From the NCBI GenBank assembly GCA_045863395.1, contig BTVJ01000029.1, positions 26,601 to 90,600 on the forward strand: a stretch of 64,000 nt of DNA. Reading direction: 5' to 3'. The notes beneath the pieces are model-generated. The model ran no database searches. It saw only the letters and a list, made by a program, of their open reading frames with translations, and was not told the DNA's origin. Position 1 is the stretch's first letter. Every line of letters begins with the position of its first letter. The position numbers were made by a program, and so were the translations under genes. This document shows positions 36,874 through 46,800 of the stretch, one piece after another. Origin of the DNA: Myxococcales bacterium. Its GTDB lineage: Bacteria > Myxococcota_A > UBA9042 > JABWCM01 > BTVJ01.

Positions 36874-38042
36874 GGGCTCTGGTTCCTTCGTGGAGACAGG
36901 CCACGAGTGCGGGCCACGATGTCGGGGAGCAGCGACAGCACGCGGTCGATCTCTTCGGCGGTGGTGCCGCGCCCCAGGCTGAAGCGAACGGCGGCGCGGG
37001 CCCGCTCCCGCGAGAGGCCCATGGCGAGCAGGACGTGGGAGGGCTCCAGGCTGCCGGCCGTGCAGGCGGAGCCGGACGACACGCTGACGCCCGCCAGATC
37101 GAGGCTGGCGAGCACCACCTCGCCCTCGGTGCCGTCGACGCTGACGTTGAGGGTGTTCGGGAGGCAGCGCTCCGGGTCACCGTTGCGGTGGGCGCCCATG
37201 GCCTCGAGGCCGCGCCAGAGGCGGTCGCGGAGCGCGGCGATGCGCGCGGGCTCTGCGGCGGCCCGGGCGGCCACCCGCGCCGCCACGCCGAAGCCGACGA
37301 TGCCAGGGACGTTCTCCGTGCCACCGCGGCGCCCGCGCTCCTGGTGGCCCCCGAGGAGCAGGGGCGCGGGCTTCAGGCCCCGGCGGACCCAGAGGGCGCC
37401 CACGCCCTTCGGACCGTGGAGCTTGTGGGCAGACAGGGTCAGCAGGTCCGCCCCGAGGGTCGCCACGTCGAGCGGCAGCTTCCCCGCGGCCTGCACCGCG
37501 TCCACATGCACGATGGCACCTGCTTCATGGGCGGCGCCGGCGATGTCGCCCACCGGGTAGACGTTGCCGGTCTCGTTGTTGGCGAGCATCACCGACACGA
37601 CCGTGGGCCGCCCCGGTGTGAGCAGGCGAGTGACCGCGTCCGGGTCCAGCCGGCCGAGGGAGTCGACGGGGGCCGTTCGCACCTCCACCCCGTGGGACGC
37701 CAGCCAGGCGACGGGCCCGAGGACCGACGGGTGCTCCACTGGAGTGGTCAGCACCATGGCATCGCCGTGGGCGCGCCGGAGCCACTCGACCATACCGCGC
37801 AGGGCCGCGTTGTTGGCCTCGGTCGCGCAGGACGTAAAGACCAGGTCCGCGGGCTGGGCCCCGATGAGGGCTGCGACGGCGGCCCGGGCCTCGTCCACCA
37901 GGGCGCGGGCAGCCCGCCCGTCCTCGTGCACGGACGAGGCGTTGCCGGACGTCTCCCGCAGGCACCGCGCAATGGCGTCGATCACCTGGGGATCCACTGG
38001 CGTGGTGGCGTTGTGATCGAGGTAGATGCGGGCGTCCTGCAT
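36870..38042 (-). CDS. iscS: Cysteine desulfurase (IscS/NifS group I)
   Basis: YLDHNATTP, NNETG, HVDAVQ, SAHK (PLP Lys), SSGSAC. Confidence 0.9.
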   Translation of the reverse strand: MQDARIYLDHNATTPVDPQVIDAIARCLRETSGNASSVHEDGRAARALVDEARAAVAALIGAQPADLVFTSCATEANNAALRGMVEWLRRAHGDAMVLTTPVEHPSVLGPVAWLASHGVEVRTAPVDSLGRLDPDAVTRLLTPGRPTVVSVMLANNETGNVYPVGDIAGAAHEAGAIVHVDAVQAAGKLPLDVATLGADLLTLSAHKLHGPKGVGALWVRRGLKPAPLLLGGHQERGRRGGTENVPGIVGFGVAARVAARAAAEPARIAALRDRLWRGLEAMGAHRNGDPERCLPNTLNVSVDGTEGEVVLASLDLAGVSVSSGSACTAGSLEPSHVLLAMGLSRERARAAVRFSLGRGTTAEEIDRVLSLLPDIVARTRGLSPRRNQSP

Positions 38043-38173
38043 CGCGGTCCACAGCGGGGTTCATCGGTGGCCCGGCGGGGCCTCGCCGGCCGGCAGGAGG
38101 CGTTGGGGCCAGCATGGGAGCAGCCCAAGGGTAGCGGCCGGGAGGAGAGCGGTCAACGGGGGGGCGAGCGCGC

Positions 38174-38419
38174 CTACATCTGCATGTCGTTGCCGGGCTT
38201 GCCGTCGCCGGGCTTCTTGGGGTCCTTGGCGGCATCGCTGCCCTTCTGCTTCTTGGGCGGGGTCTTCGGCGCCTTGCCCTTCGTGGGGGTGCCCTTCGGG
38301 ACGGGGGTGGTCGTCGGGGGGACCTTCGGGCCGGCGTCCGTGGCGGCCAGCGCGGGGGCGGCGAGGCCCAGGGCGCCGGCGATCATCAGGCTGCGGGCGA
38401 TGCGCATCATCGAGGTCAT
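38174..38419 (-). CDS. Small secreted Lys/Pro-rich protein
   Basis: AAGGAG RBS; signal peptide ending APALA; low-complexity K/P tail. Confidence 0.7.
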   Translation of the reverse strand: MTSMMRIARSLMIAGALGLAAPALAATDAGPKVPPTTTPVPKGTPTKGKAPKTPPKKQKGSDAAKDPKKPGDGKPGNDMQM

Positions 38420-38509
38420 CGGGAGACTCCTTCGGTGTGGGGGTGACGGGACCGGCGCCCGTCGACGAAGACCCGGGAAGCATATTCACCCACGCCCGCG
38501 AGGTCCAGG

Positions 38510-40024
38510 CTACCGGGTCAGATCGATGGCGCCAGCGTCCCAGGTCTTGCCTTCCTGCATCTCGGAGCAGCAGTCGGAGAGGGTGATCGTCCACTTCTCG
38601 TCAGGCTTCAGGGCGAAGCGATACGTTCCCAGAGGGACCCCGTCGAAGGTGAAGGCGCCGTCCGCTCCCGTCCGGCCCGTCGCCTTGAAGGGCGCATCGT
38701 CGCACGGGGACTTGCGAAACATCATGGAGGGGCGGTTGCACATCTCCACCTCGATGTCGGCCACGCCCACCCCGCTGCGGATGACCTTCCCTGTCACCGC
38801 CCCCTTGGCCTGCTCGCCGGGCGCCGGGAGCGCGGGGCCACCTGCGGTCACATGGAGCGCCTCCACCGAGTCGGTCAACGCCCGCATGGTGCCGGGGAGC
38901 CACTCGACGACCGTGCCCCCGGCGTCGATGATCACCATGCCGTTGTCCGTGGAGGCCCAGGTGCGACCCGCCGCGTCCGCTGCGAAGGCGTTGATGGACT
39001 TCGCCTTGAAGGACCCCGTCTTGGCCGAGTACTGGCGGGGTGTGCCCCCCGGTGGCACCACGATGATCGCGCCGAGGGACGCGACGTGGATGGTGTCGCC
39101 GGGGCTGACGGCCAGGCCGCTGATGCTGAAGAAGCCAGCGCCGAGCGGAACCTCCGAGACCGTGTCCCCCTCGATCTTGAGCACGCCGCCGGCGTGTGAG
39201 GCATACAGCGCGCCCGAGGGCCCGACCTCCAGGTCTTTGAAGAAGAGCTTCTGGGCGTCGGCGCCCCGCGTGTCCACCGTGCGCCAGGCCCCCGCCTCCC
39301 GCACGTGGAGGGCGTTGGCAGACGCCACCCAGAGACGACCCGTGCGATCCACCGCCACGTCGTTGAGCAGGGTCACGTCGGCGCCCAGCGCCGCCTTCTC
39401 TTCGCTGGTCCAGGTCTTGCCGTCCCAGGCGGACAGGCCCTGGAAGCTCGTGGCGTGCAGCGTCCCGTCCGGCGCCACCGCCAGGTGGTCCACGCTGCCC
39501 GGCTCGCGGAAGTCCCCGATCTGCGCCGCCTTGTCTGCGCGCAGCGAGTGGACCGCGCCGATGCTCGCCACGTACAGAGTGCCGTCGGGCGCCGCGACGA
39601 TGTCACGCACGGACTTGAGGCCGGGGATCGCCGTCCGGAAGGCTCCGGTGAGCATGATGAGCCCGGCGTTGCGCGTGCCGAACCAGGCCGCGCCCCGGGT
39701 TGCGTCTGCGGGCGTCGGATCCGAGGTGGGCTGCGCGTCGGTGGGAGGCGCCGCATCCTGGCTCGGCAGCGCGTCGGTGCCGGAGACCGCGTCCTGGGCA
39801 GGCGCCTGGGAGTCCGGGGAGGCCGCCCGCGCGTCGGCGGCCGGCGCCCGCACATCGGCGGCTGGCGCCTTCGCGTCCGGGCCAGGCTCCTGCGCCACAG
39901 GGGCGGGCGTCGCCTCCCTGGCAGGCGCGGCGGGACCAGGGGGCGCAGGGGGCGCGTCCTTGGCGCACCCGACCGCCCATACGACCGCCAGCACCACCCC
40001 CGAGAACCGCAAACGAACGTTCAT
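38510..40024 (-). CDS. Lipoprotein with a beta-propeller and a C-terminal carboxypeptidase-regulatory-like domain
   Basis: Lipobox AVGC; blades such as LAVAPDGTL and VAVDRTGRLWV; TGADGAFTFDGVPLGTY. Confidence 0.78.
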   Translation of the reverse strand: MNVRLRFSGVVLAVVWAVGCAKDAPPAPPGPAAPAREATPAPVAQEPGPDAKAPAADVRAPAADARAASPDSQAPAQDAVSGTDALPSQDAAPPTDAQPTSDPTPADATRGAAWFGTRNAGLIMLTGAFRTAIPGLKSVRDIVAAPDGTLYVASIGAVHSLRADKAAQIGDFREPGSVDHLAVAPDGTLHATSFQGLSAWDGKTWTSEEKAALGADVTLLNDVAVDRTGRLWVASANALHVREAGAWRTVDTRGADAQKLFFKDLEVGPSGALYASHAGGVLKIEGDTVSEVPLGAGFFSISGLAVSPGDTIHVASLGAIIVVPPGGTPRQYSAKTGSFKAKSINAFAADAAGRTWASTDNGMVIIDAGGTVVEWLPGTMRALTDSVEALHVTAGGPALPAPGEQAKGAVTGKVIRSGVGVADIEVEMCNRPSMMFRKSPCDDAPFKATGRTGADGAFTFDGVPLGTYRFALKPDEKWTITLSDCCSEMQEGKTWDAGAIDLTR

Positions 40025-40219
40025 CTGGACCTCTCCGTGTCGCGCGGCGCCCGACCGCCCCGCTGGCCGCCTCATAGCACGACTCCACGCCACGTCAAAG
40101 CGAGACCTCAGGCCCGTTCACTCCCCATGCGAGTCCGGGTGCGCGGACGGTTGCGCTTCGAGATGGACTGGGCCTATCCTTGGCCGCACTTTGACACGAC
40201 CAGACACCGAGGCGAGCAA

Positions 40220-42175
40220 ATGGAGATCGTCGACTTCCTGAGGCGGGTCAACCTGTTCACGGGGCTCCCACCGCAAGTGTTGGAGCAGATCTCCCGCATC
40301 ACGGTGCCAAACACCGTGCCGGCGGGGCACGTGCTCTTCTACGAGGGCGAGCCGGGGGACGCGCTGTACATCGTTGGCGCGGGGTCCATCGAGGTCTACC
40401 TGACGGACCGGGACACGGGGGTGGACATCCCGCTGCGCCGCTTCAAGCCCTCCGAGTACCTGGGAGAGATGGCGCTGATCGCGGAGGAGCCGCGCTCGGC
40501 ATCCGCGCGCGCCGTCTCGGAGTCGACGGTGCTCGTGCTGACGCGGGAGGCCTTCCTGCGCATCGTCGCGCACGTGCCCGCCGTGGGCCTCGCGCTGGCG
40601 CAGGAGCTGTCCCGGCGGCTGCGCGAGTCCAACAAGCGCCAGGGGGTGAGCTTCGTCGACCTGTCGCGCTACCGTTTCGATGGGGCGGCCTACGCTCTCG
40701 TACCGCGCCGCATCCTGGAGATGCACCGCTGCATCCCGCTGCGACGCACCGACGAGGTCCTGACGGTCGCCATGGTGGACGCGGCGGACCTCGTCGCCAT
40801 GGACGACCTGCGCCGTGGCTCCGGGGGCCTGACCATCGAGCCCCTGGCCGTCACGCTGGAGGACTACGAGGCCTTCCTGCAGAAGCACGTGGGGCGGCTC
40901 CCGCCCGCGGCGGTGCAGCGGGCCGAGCGCAAGGCTCAGCTCCCGTTCAAGTACGCCGGGTTTGGCGACGACGGGGCGCCGGAGCTGCGACGAAGAGACG
41001 CGCTCGGGACCGACATCGTACAGATGCTCGACGGCGTCCTCGGCGAGGCCATCGATCACGGCGCCAGCGACGTGCACATCGAGCCTCGCGCGGACCGGCT
41101 GGAGATCCGCTACCGGGTGGACGGGCGCCTGCGCCGGCGCACGCCGCCGTCCTCGCCCGAGCTGGCGGCGCCCCTGGTGAGCCGCGTCAAGGTGCTCGCA
41201 AAGATGGACATCTCCGAGAACCGGCTGCCGCAGGACGGCCGCTTCACCGCACACCGAGGGCGGCAGAAGGTGGACTTCCGCGTGTCCACCCTGCCGAGCA
41301 TGTATGGCGAGAAGGCGGTGCTCCGGGTGCTCGACCCGGCCATGCTCACCACCGGCCTCGACACCATCATCATGGCGACCCGCGTGTGCGAGATGGCCCG
41401 CGAGATGGTGCGTCAGCCCTTCGGGCTCGTGCTCGCGACCGGGCCCACGAGCAGCGGCAAGACCACCACGCTGTACTCGCTGCTCAACGAGATTGACCGA
41501 GAGACGCGCAACGTGGTCACGGTCGAGGACCCCATCGAGTACGACGTGGGCAACACGACCCAGACCCAGGTCAACTACGCGATCAAGCTGGGCTTCTCGG
41601 ACATGGTGCGGTCCATCCTGCGGCAGAACCCCGACGTGGTGCTGATCGGGGAGACCCGGGACCCCGCGACCGCCGAGGCGACCATCGAGGCGGCGCTCAC
41701 GGGGCACCTCGTGCTGTCGAGCATGCACACCAACGACGCGGTCGGGACCATCGCGCGGCTCATGGACATGGGCATCGAGCCCTTCCTGATCGCCAGCTCC
41801 CTCATCGGCGTGCTCAACCAGCGGCTCGTGCGGCGCATCTGCACCGGCTGCCGCGAGGTGGTGGAGCTGGAGCCGCGCCGCGCCGAGCTGCTGCGGGAGG
41901 CCATCGGGCCCGACTACCGCGTGGAGAAGGTCTACGAGGGGCGGGGCTGCGACGCGTGCTTCGGCAGCGGCTACCGGGGCCAGGTGGCGGCCTTCGAGGT
42001 CCTGCGGGTGACGGACACCCTGAAGCAGCTCATCTCGTCGCGGGCCTCGCTGGTCGAGCTCCGGGCGGCGGCGGTGACTGGCGGGCTCGTGCCCATGCGC
42101 GCCTACGCCGGCTTCCTGGTGGCCCGCGGGTTGACCACGTCGGTCGAGGCAATCCGCATCCTGAGCTCCGAGTGA
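40220..42175 (+). CDS. cNMP-binding domain fused to a PilB/GspE-family assembly ATPase
   Basis: LFYEGEPGD.LY, GEMAL...PRSASA; ASDVHIEP, RLPQDGR, GPTSSGKTTT, VEDPIE, LRQNPD...GETRD, CxxC...CxxC. Confidence 0.9.
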   Translation: MEIVDFLRRVNLFTGLPPQVLEQISRITVPNTVPAGHVLFYEGEPGDALYIVGAGSIEVYLTDRDTGVDIPLRRFKPSEYLGEMALIAEEPRSASARAVSESTVLVLTREAFLRIVAHVPAVGLALAQELSRRLRESNKRQGVSFVDLSRYRFDGAAYALVPRRILEMHRCIPLRRTDEVLTVAMVDAADLVAMDDLRRGSGGLTIEPLAVTLEDYEAFLQKHVGRLPPAAVQRAERKAQLPFKYAGFGDDGAPELRRRDALGTDIVQMLDGVLGEAIDHGASDVHIEPRADRLEIRYRVDGRLRRRTPPSSPELAAPLVSRVKVLAKMDISENRLPQDGRFTAHRGRQKVDFRVSTLPSMYGEKAVLRVLDPAMLTTGLDTIIMATRVCEMAREMVRQPFGLVLATGPTSSGKTTTLYSLLNEIDRETRNVVTVEDPIEYDVGNTTQTQVNYAIKLGFSDMVRSILRQNPDVVLIGETRDPATAEATIEAALTGHLVLSSMHTNDAVGTIARLMDMGIEPFLIASSLIGVLNQRLVRRICTGCREVVELEPRRAELLREAIGPDYRVEKVYEGRGCDACFGSGYRGQVAAFEVLRVTDTLKQLISSRASLVELRAAAVTGGLVPMRAYAGFLVARGLTTSVEAIRILSSE

Positions 42176-42189
42176 CACGGGAGGTCCTC

Positions 42190-43062
42190 ATGTGGCGCCT
42201 TGTATGTGCAGGAATTCTGGCGGTCTCGGCGGCGGCCCCCGCTGCTGCGTCTCCGGGCCAAAAGACAGTGTTTACCGGGTGTGGTGCCCCGTCACCCGCT
42301 CGCGAGGAGCCGCTGCCGCTCCCCGAGCCCGCAGTCGGGATCTCTCGCGACCGGCCGCCCGCGCTGCCGCCGCTGCTGGAGGGGCCGGCGCCGGCCAGCG
42401 TGACGGTGACCGTGCGCAACCGGGGGAGCGCGACCCTCAAGACCCACCTGGAGGTGTCGTTCTGCCGCTTCGGCGGCGCGTGCGACACCAAAGGGGCGCG
42501 GGTGCTCGGGTCCGGTGGCGTGTGGCCCATGGGGCCGGGTGACGAGCGGGTCGCCGTGGTCACCTCGAAGCCCCTGGACTGGGGGACCTGGGTGGTGCAC
42601 GTGGCGCTCGTCCAGGACAGCGCCGTGCTCGACAGGTGGTCCGGGCGCATCCGCGTCGGCGAGCCCAAGCTCGTGCTGGAGGGCGTGCGGACACCTGGGC
42701 GCGGCGGTTCGGCGCCCTGGGACGGCGGCCCCGTCACCCTCGACGTCCTGGTCGGCAACCAGGGCAACGCACCGGACCAGGCCCAGGTCGCGTTCGTCGT
42801 GTCCTCGGTGCTCGGAGTGAGCTCCTGCGTCACCGAGATCTATGCGGCTCCGGTGGAGATCCCTGCCGGCGCCACCCGCGTCCCCGTCGCGGTGACGTGG
42901 CAGCCGCCGCTGGGGGGCCCGAAGTCGGTCACCGTTCGGCTCTTCGACGCTGGCGGGCAGGAGCGGGGGGTCTCCGTGGCCAACCGCTTCTCGTTGTCCC
43001 TGGACGCGGGGGCGCAGGTACAGTCGGACGTGCGCTGCCCGCCAGCGCACGTGGCCCGGTGA
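42190..43062 (+). CDS. Secreted protein with two Ig-like (CARDB-like) domains
   Basis: GGGAGG RBS; signal peptide; VTVRNRGS and VLVGNQGN strand motifs. Confidence 0.65.
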   Translation: MWRLVCAGILAVSAAAPAAASPGQKTVFTGCGAPSPAREEPLPLPEPAVGISRDRPPALPPLLEGPAPASVTVTVRNRGSATLKTHLEVSFCRFGGACDTKGARVLGSGGVWPMGPGDERVAVVTSKPLDWGTWVVHVALVQDSAVLDRWSGRIRVGEPKLVLEGVRTPGRGGSAPWDGGPVTLDVLVGNQGNAPDQAQVAFVVSSVLGVSSCVTEIYAAPVEIPAGATRVPVAVTWQPPLGGPKSVTVRLFDAGGQERGVSVANRFSLSLDAGAQVQSDVRCPPAHVAR

Positions 43063-43886
43063 CCGCGGTGCGCGTCCACCACCTCAACTGCGGCACCATG
43101 CGCCCGATCGGCGGGCGCCTCGTGTCGGGGCAGCCAGGCGTGGCGGGGCACATGGTCTGCCACTGCCTGCTCATCGAGACGGACGCCGGCCTCGTGCTCG
43201 TGGACAGCGGCCTGGGCCTCGGCGACATCGACGCCGCCAACGAGCGCCTGGGCCGGCTCTTCGTGAAGGCGCTGCGCCCGGCGCTCGACCCCGAGGAGAC
43301 CGCCGTCCGCCAGGTGCAACGCCTCGGCTACTCCGCCGACGACGTGCGGCACGTGGTGCTCACGCACCTGGACCTGGACCACGCGGGCGGGCTCGGCGAC
43401 TTCCCCAAGGCGAAGGTCCACGTGCTGCTCGCAGAACACGAGGCGGCCACCAACCCCAGGCTCAAGGAGCGCGCCCGGTATCGGGCGGCCCAGTGGCGCC
43501 ACGGCCCCCGGTGGGTGCTCTACCGCCACGATCAGGGCGAACCCTGGTTCGGCTTCCAGGCGGTGCGCGCCTTGGACGGTCTCCCCGACGACCTGTTGAT
43601 GGTCCCGTTGCTCGGCCACACCCGAGGCCACGCCGGCGTCGCCGTGCGCAGCCCGGAGGGGTGGCTCCTGCATGGGGGCGACGCGTGGTTCAGCCACCAC
43701 GAGGTGGGCCCCGAGCCCCACCGCTGCCCCTCTGCCCTGCGGACGTTCCAGACGCTGGTGCAGATGGACGGGCGGCTCCGCCACCAGAACCAGGAGCGCC
43801 TGCGCGTGCTGGTGCGCGACCACGGCGAGGAGGTGCGGGTGTTCAGCGCCCACGACCCCTTCGAGCTGGAGGCCGCCCTGCCCTAG
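43059..43886 (+). CDS. Metallo-beta-lactamase-fold hydrolase
   Basis: HHLNCG, LVDSG, THLDLDHAGG, GHTRGH, GDA, SAHD; GTG overlaps the upstream stop codon. Confidence 0.9.
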   Translation: MTAVRVHHLNCGTMRPIGGRLVSGQPGVAGHMVCHCLLIETDAGLVLVDSGLGLGDIDAANERLGRLFVKALRPALDPEETAVRQVQRLGYSADDVRHVVLTHLDLDHAGGLGDFPKAKVHVLLAEHEAATNPRLKERARYRAAQWRHGPRWVLYRHDQGEPWFGFQAVRALDGLPDDLLMVPLLGHTRGHAGVAVRSPEGWLLHGGDAWFSHHEVGPEPHRCPSALRTFQTLVQMDGRLRHQNQERLRVLVRDHGEEVRVFSAHDPFELEAALP

Positions 43887-46800
43887 AGCCCCGCGAGGGC
43901 CTCCTCGGCGCGCGCCCGGTCCCCCTCCATGCCCAGCTTGCCGAAGAGGTCGCGAGCGCGGCTCAGGTGGGCACGGGCCCTGGCGCGCAGCGCGCCGTCG
44001 CCGCCCTGGGGGACGCGGAGCAGAGACGCCGCGAAGTGGTAGAGCGACTTGCCGAGGAGCACCTCGCTGCCGAGGCTCGTGAACAGGGCCTCTGCGCGGT
44101 GCAGGTGGGCCTCGGCATCTTCCAGCGCGCCCCCCTCCGCGAGGGTCACCTGCCCGAGGAAGCGCTCCGCCTCCGCCGCAAAGCTCTTCTCGCCGGTCTC
44201 CTGCGCCATCGCGAGGGCCCGCTCGCCGCACTCCCTGGCGCCGGCGACGTCGCCGCCGTGCAGGCGCACCTCCCCGAGGAGCCGCCAGGTGTCACTGACC
44301 TGGTTGCGCACCCCGAGCACGCTGCAGAGGGTGATGGAGCGCTCCAGCGGCTCGACCGCCTCCTCGCGGCGATCCAGCTCCAGCAGCAGCTCCCCGAGGT
44401 TGTTGTGGCACATGCGCGCCGTGTGGAGGTCGCCGAGGCGCTCGGCGCCCTTCCGCGTGCGGTCGTAGGCCTCGATGGCCTTGTCCGCCTCGCCGCGCAG
44501 GTTGTGGAGGTTGCCCTGCATCAGCGTCATGCGGCCGGTGAGCAGCTCGTCCCCGAGGGACCTCGCGATGCCGAGGGCCTCGCTGACGCACCGCTGGGAC
44601 GCCTCCAGCTCGCCGCGGCGGATGCGCACCATGGAGAGGGTGCGCAGGGTCTGCGCCCGCAGCCGAGCGCCGGGGCGGGCGCGCAGGGCCTCCTCGCACC
44701 GCTGGAGCGCCGGCTCGTAGTCGCCGCGATAGAACGAGGCGCGGCCCAGCAGCTCCAAGGCGCGGGCGCGCACGTCCCCGCCGGCGAGGTCCACGACCAG
44801 CGACAGGGCGGCCTGCCCCTCACGCCGCGCCGCCTCCAGGTCGCCGCGACGCACCTGGACGTCGCCGAGCCCACACCGCAGGGCCGCCCGCTCCTCGGGG
44901 GTCGCCGCGGCGGCATCGCACAGGGCCAGCGCCCGCTCGAAGGCCGCCGTCGCGTCGTCGTAGGCGGCGGCCAGATCGCCCACCTCGCCCATGCTCTGGA
45001 GCAGCGCGAGCTGAGAGCGCGCGTCCACCTGGTCGGCGGCCGTCTCCAGCAGGGCCACCGCCGCACGCAGCAGCTCCAGCGCCTCGCCGTTGGCGTACTG
45101 CGCGCGGGCCCTCTCCGCGGCCGCCGCGTAGGCGCGCAGGGCGTCGGAGGGACGCCCCGCCCGCTCCAGGTGGAGGGCGTAGCGCGGGAAGGTGCGCGCG
45201 CGATCCGGGCCGACGGCGCCCTCCAGCCACTCGGCGGCCTGGGCGTGCATGGGGCGGCGGTCCCGATGGAGGATGCGGTCGTAGACCACCTCGTGGAGCA
45301 GCGCGTTGCGGAACTGGAGCTCCTCGTCGCCGGGGACCGCCGTCGCCTCCCGCCCCACGCACAGGTCGCGGTCCCGCAGCGAGTCGACGGCCTGCGCGAC
45401 GTCCTTGCCCGCCAGGCGCGCCACGGCGCCGGACCAGAACACACGGCCGACGACCGCCGCAGCCTGGAGCACGGCGCGCTCCGCCCGCGGGAGCGCGTCG
45501 ACGCGCGACTGGATCAGCCCATGGATGGACGCCGGGATGTCGAGGTGCTCCGCCCAGTCGTCGGCCAGCGTCCATGGTTCGCCGCCACCGCGGCGCAGGA
45601 CCCCGGTCTCCAGCATGACCTTGACCAGCTCCTCCAGGTAGTAGGGGTTGCCGCCGGCGCGCCCCACCACCGCGTCCACGAGCGCGGGGGGAACCCGCTC
45701 GACCCGGTGGAGGATCAGGAGCAGCAGCTCGGACGCGGCCTCCTCCGTGAGCGGGCGCACGTCGATGCGGAGCTGGTGGGCCTTGTCCGCCCACAGGCGC
45801 CGCCGCTCGAAGAGCTCGGGGCGGGAGAGGCAGAGCAGCAGGACCGGCAGCTCCAGCGTGGCCCCCAGGTGATCGATGAAGTCCAGCACGGCGTCCGGCG
45901 CCCAGTGGATGTCCTCACAGACCACGATGGTGGGGCCCGAGGCTGCGCGCCGCTCCAGCAGGACGCGCGTCGCACGGAGCGCGCGGGCGAGCTGGAGCTC
46001 CCGCTCGGCCGGATCCTCCGGCGACACGCCGCCCAGGAGCAGGGCGAGGGCCTGCGCGTCCGTCCCGGCGGCGCCCGCGGCCTCCGCCCGATCTGCGAGC
46101 ACGTCGGCCGCCGGATCGTCCAGCAGATCGTTGGCCAGGTCGCGCAACAGGTTCAGGGGGGCGCCGGACCCGGGCGGCAGCACCCGCCCCTTGAGCAGGT
46201 TCAGGGCCGGCTCCCCTCGCACCCAGCGCAGGGAGGCCTCCGCCACCAGGCGGCTCTTGCCGATGCCGCCCTGCCCGGTCACGGTGACCACGCGCGCCCT
46301 CCCCTCGCGCTGCACGGCGGCGTAGCACTCCTGGAGGGCCCGCAGCTCCTGCTCGCGGCCTACCATGGGCACGTCGATGCCCTCGATGCCGCGCATGCCG
46401 AGCGCGCTCGGCCGCAGGCGCTCCTGGACGGCCCGGTACACGCGCAGGGGCTTGTCCTTGCCCTTGACCTTGATCGGGGGCAGCTCCACCAGCTCGAACC
46501 AGCCGCGCACGGCCAGGTACGTGTCGTGGCTGATGAGCACGGTCCCCGTCTCTGCCGCGTGCTCCAGCCGCGACGCGGTGTTCACCGTGTCCCCGTAGAT
46601 GGTGAAGTCCTTGTGGCCCTCGCCGCCCACGAGGCCCGCCAGGACCTTCCCGGTGTTGAGGCCGATGCGCATGGAGAGGGTCAGCCCGTGCCGCTGCTCC
46701 AGCTCGCGGGAGAAGGCCCCGAGGGCGGCCAGCATGCCCAGCGCCGCCCGGACGGCCTGGGGCGCGTCGTCCTCGTGGGCGACTGGCACGCCGAAGTAGG

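Noticed and set aside
37035..40241. 1068-aa plus-strand ORF
   Set aside because: Antisense to iscS and two lipoprotein/secreted genes; no family signal
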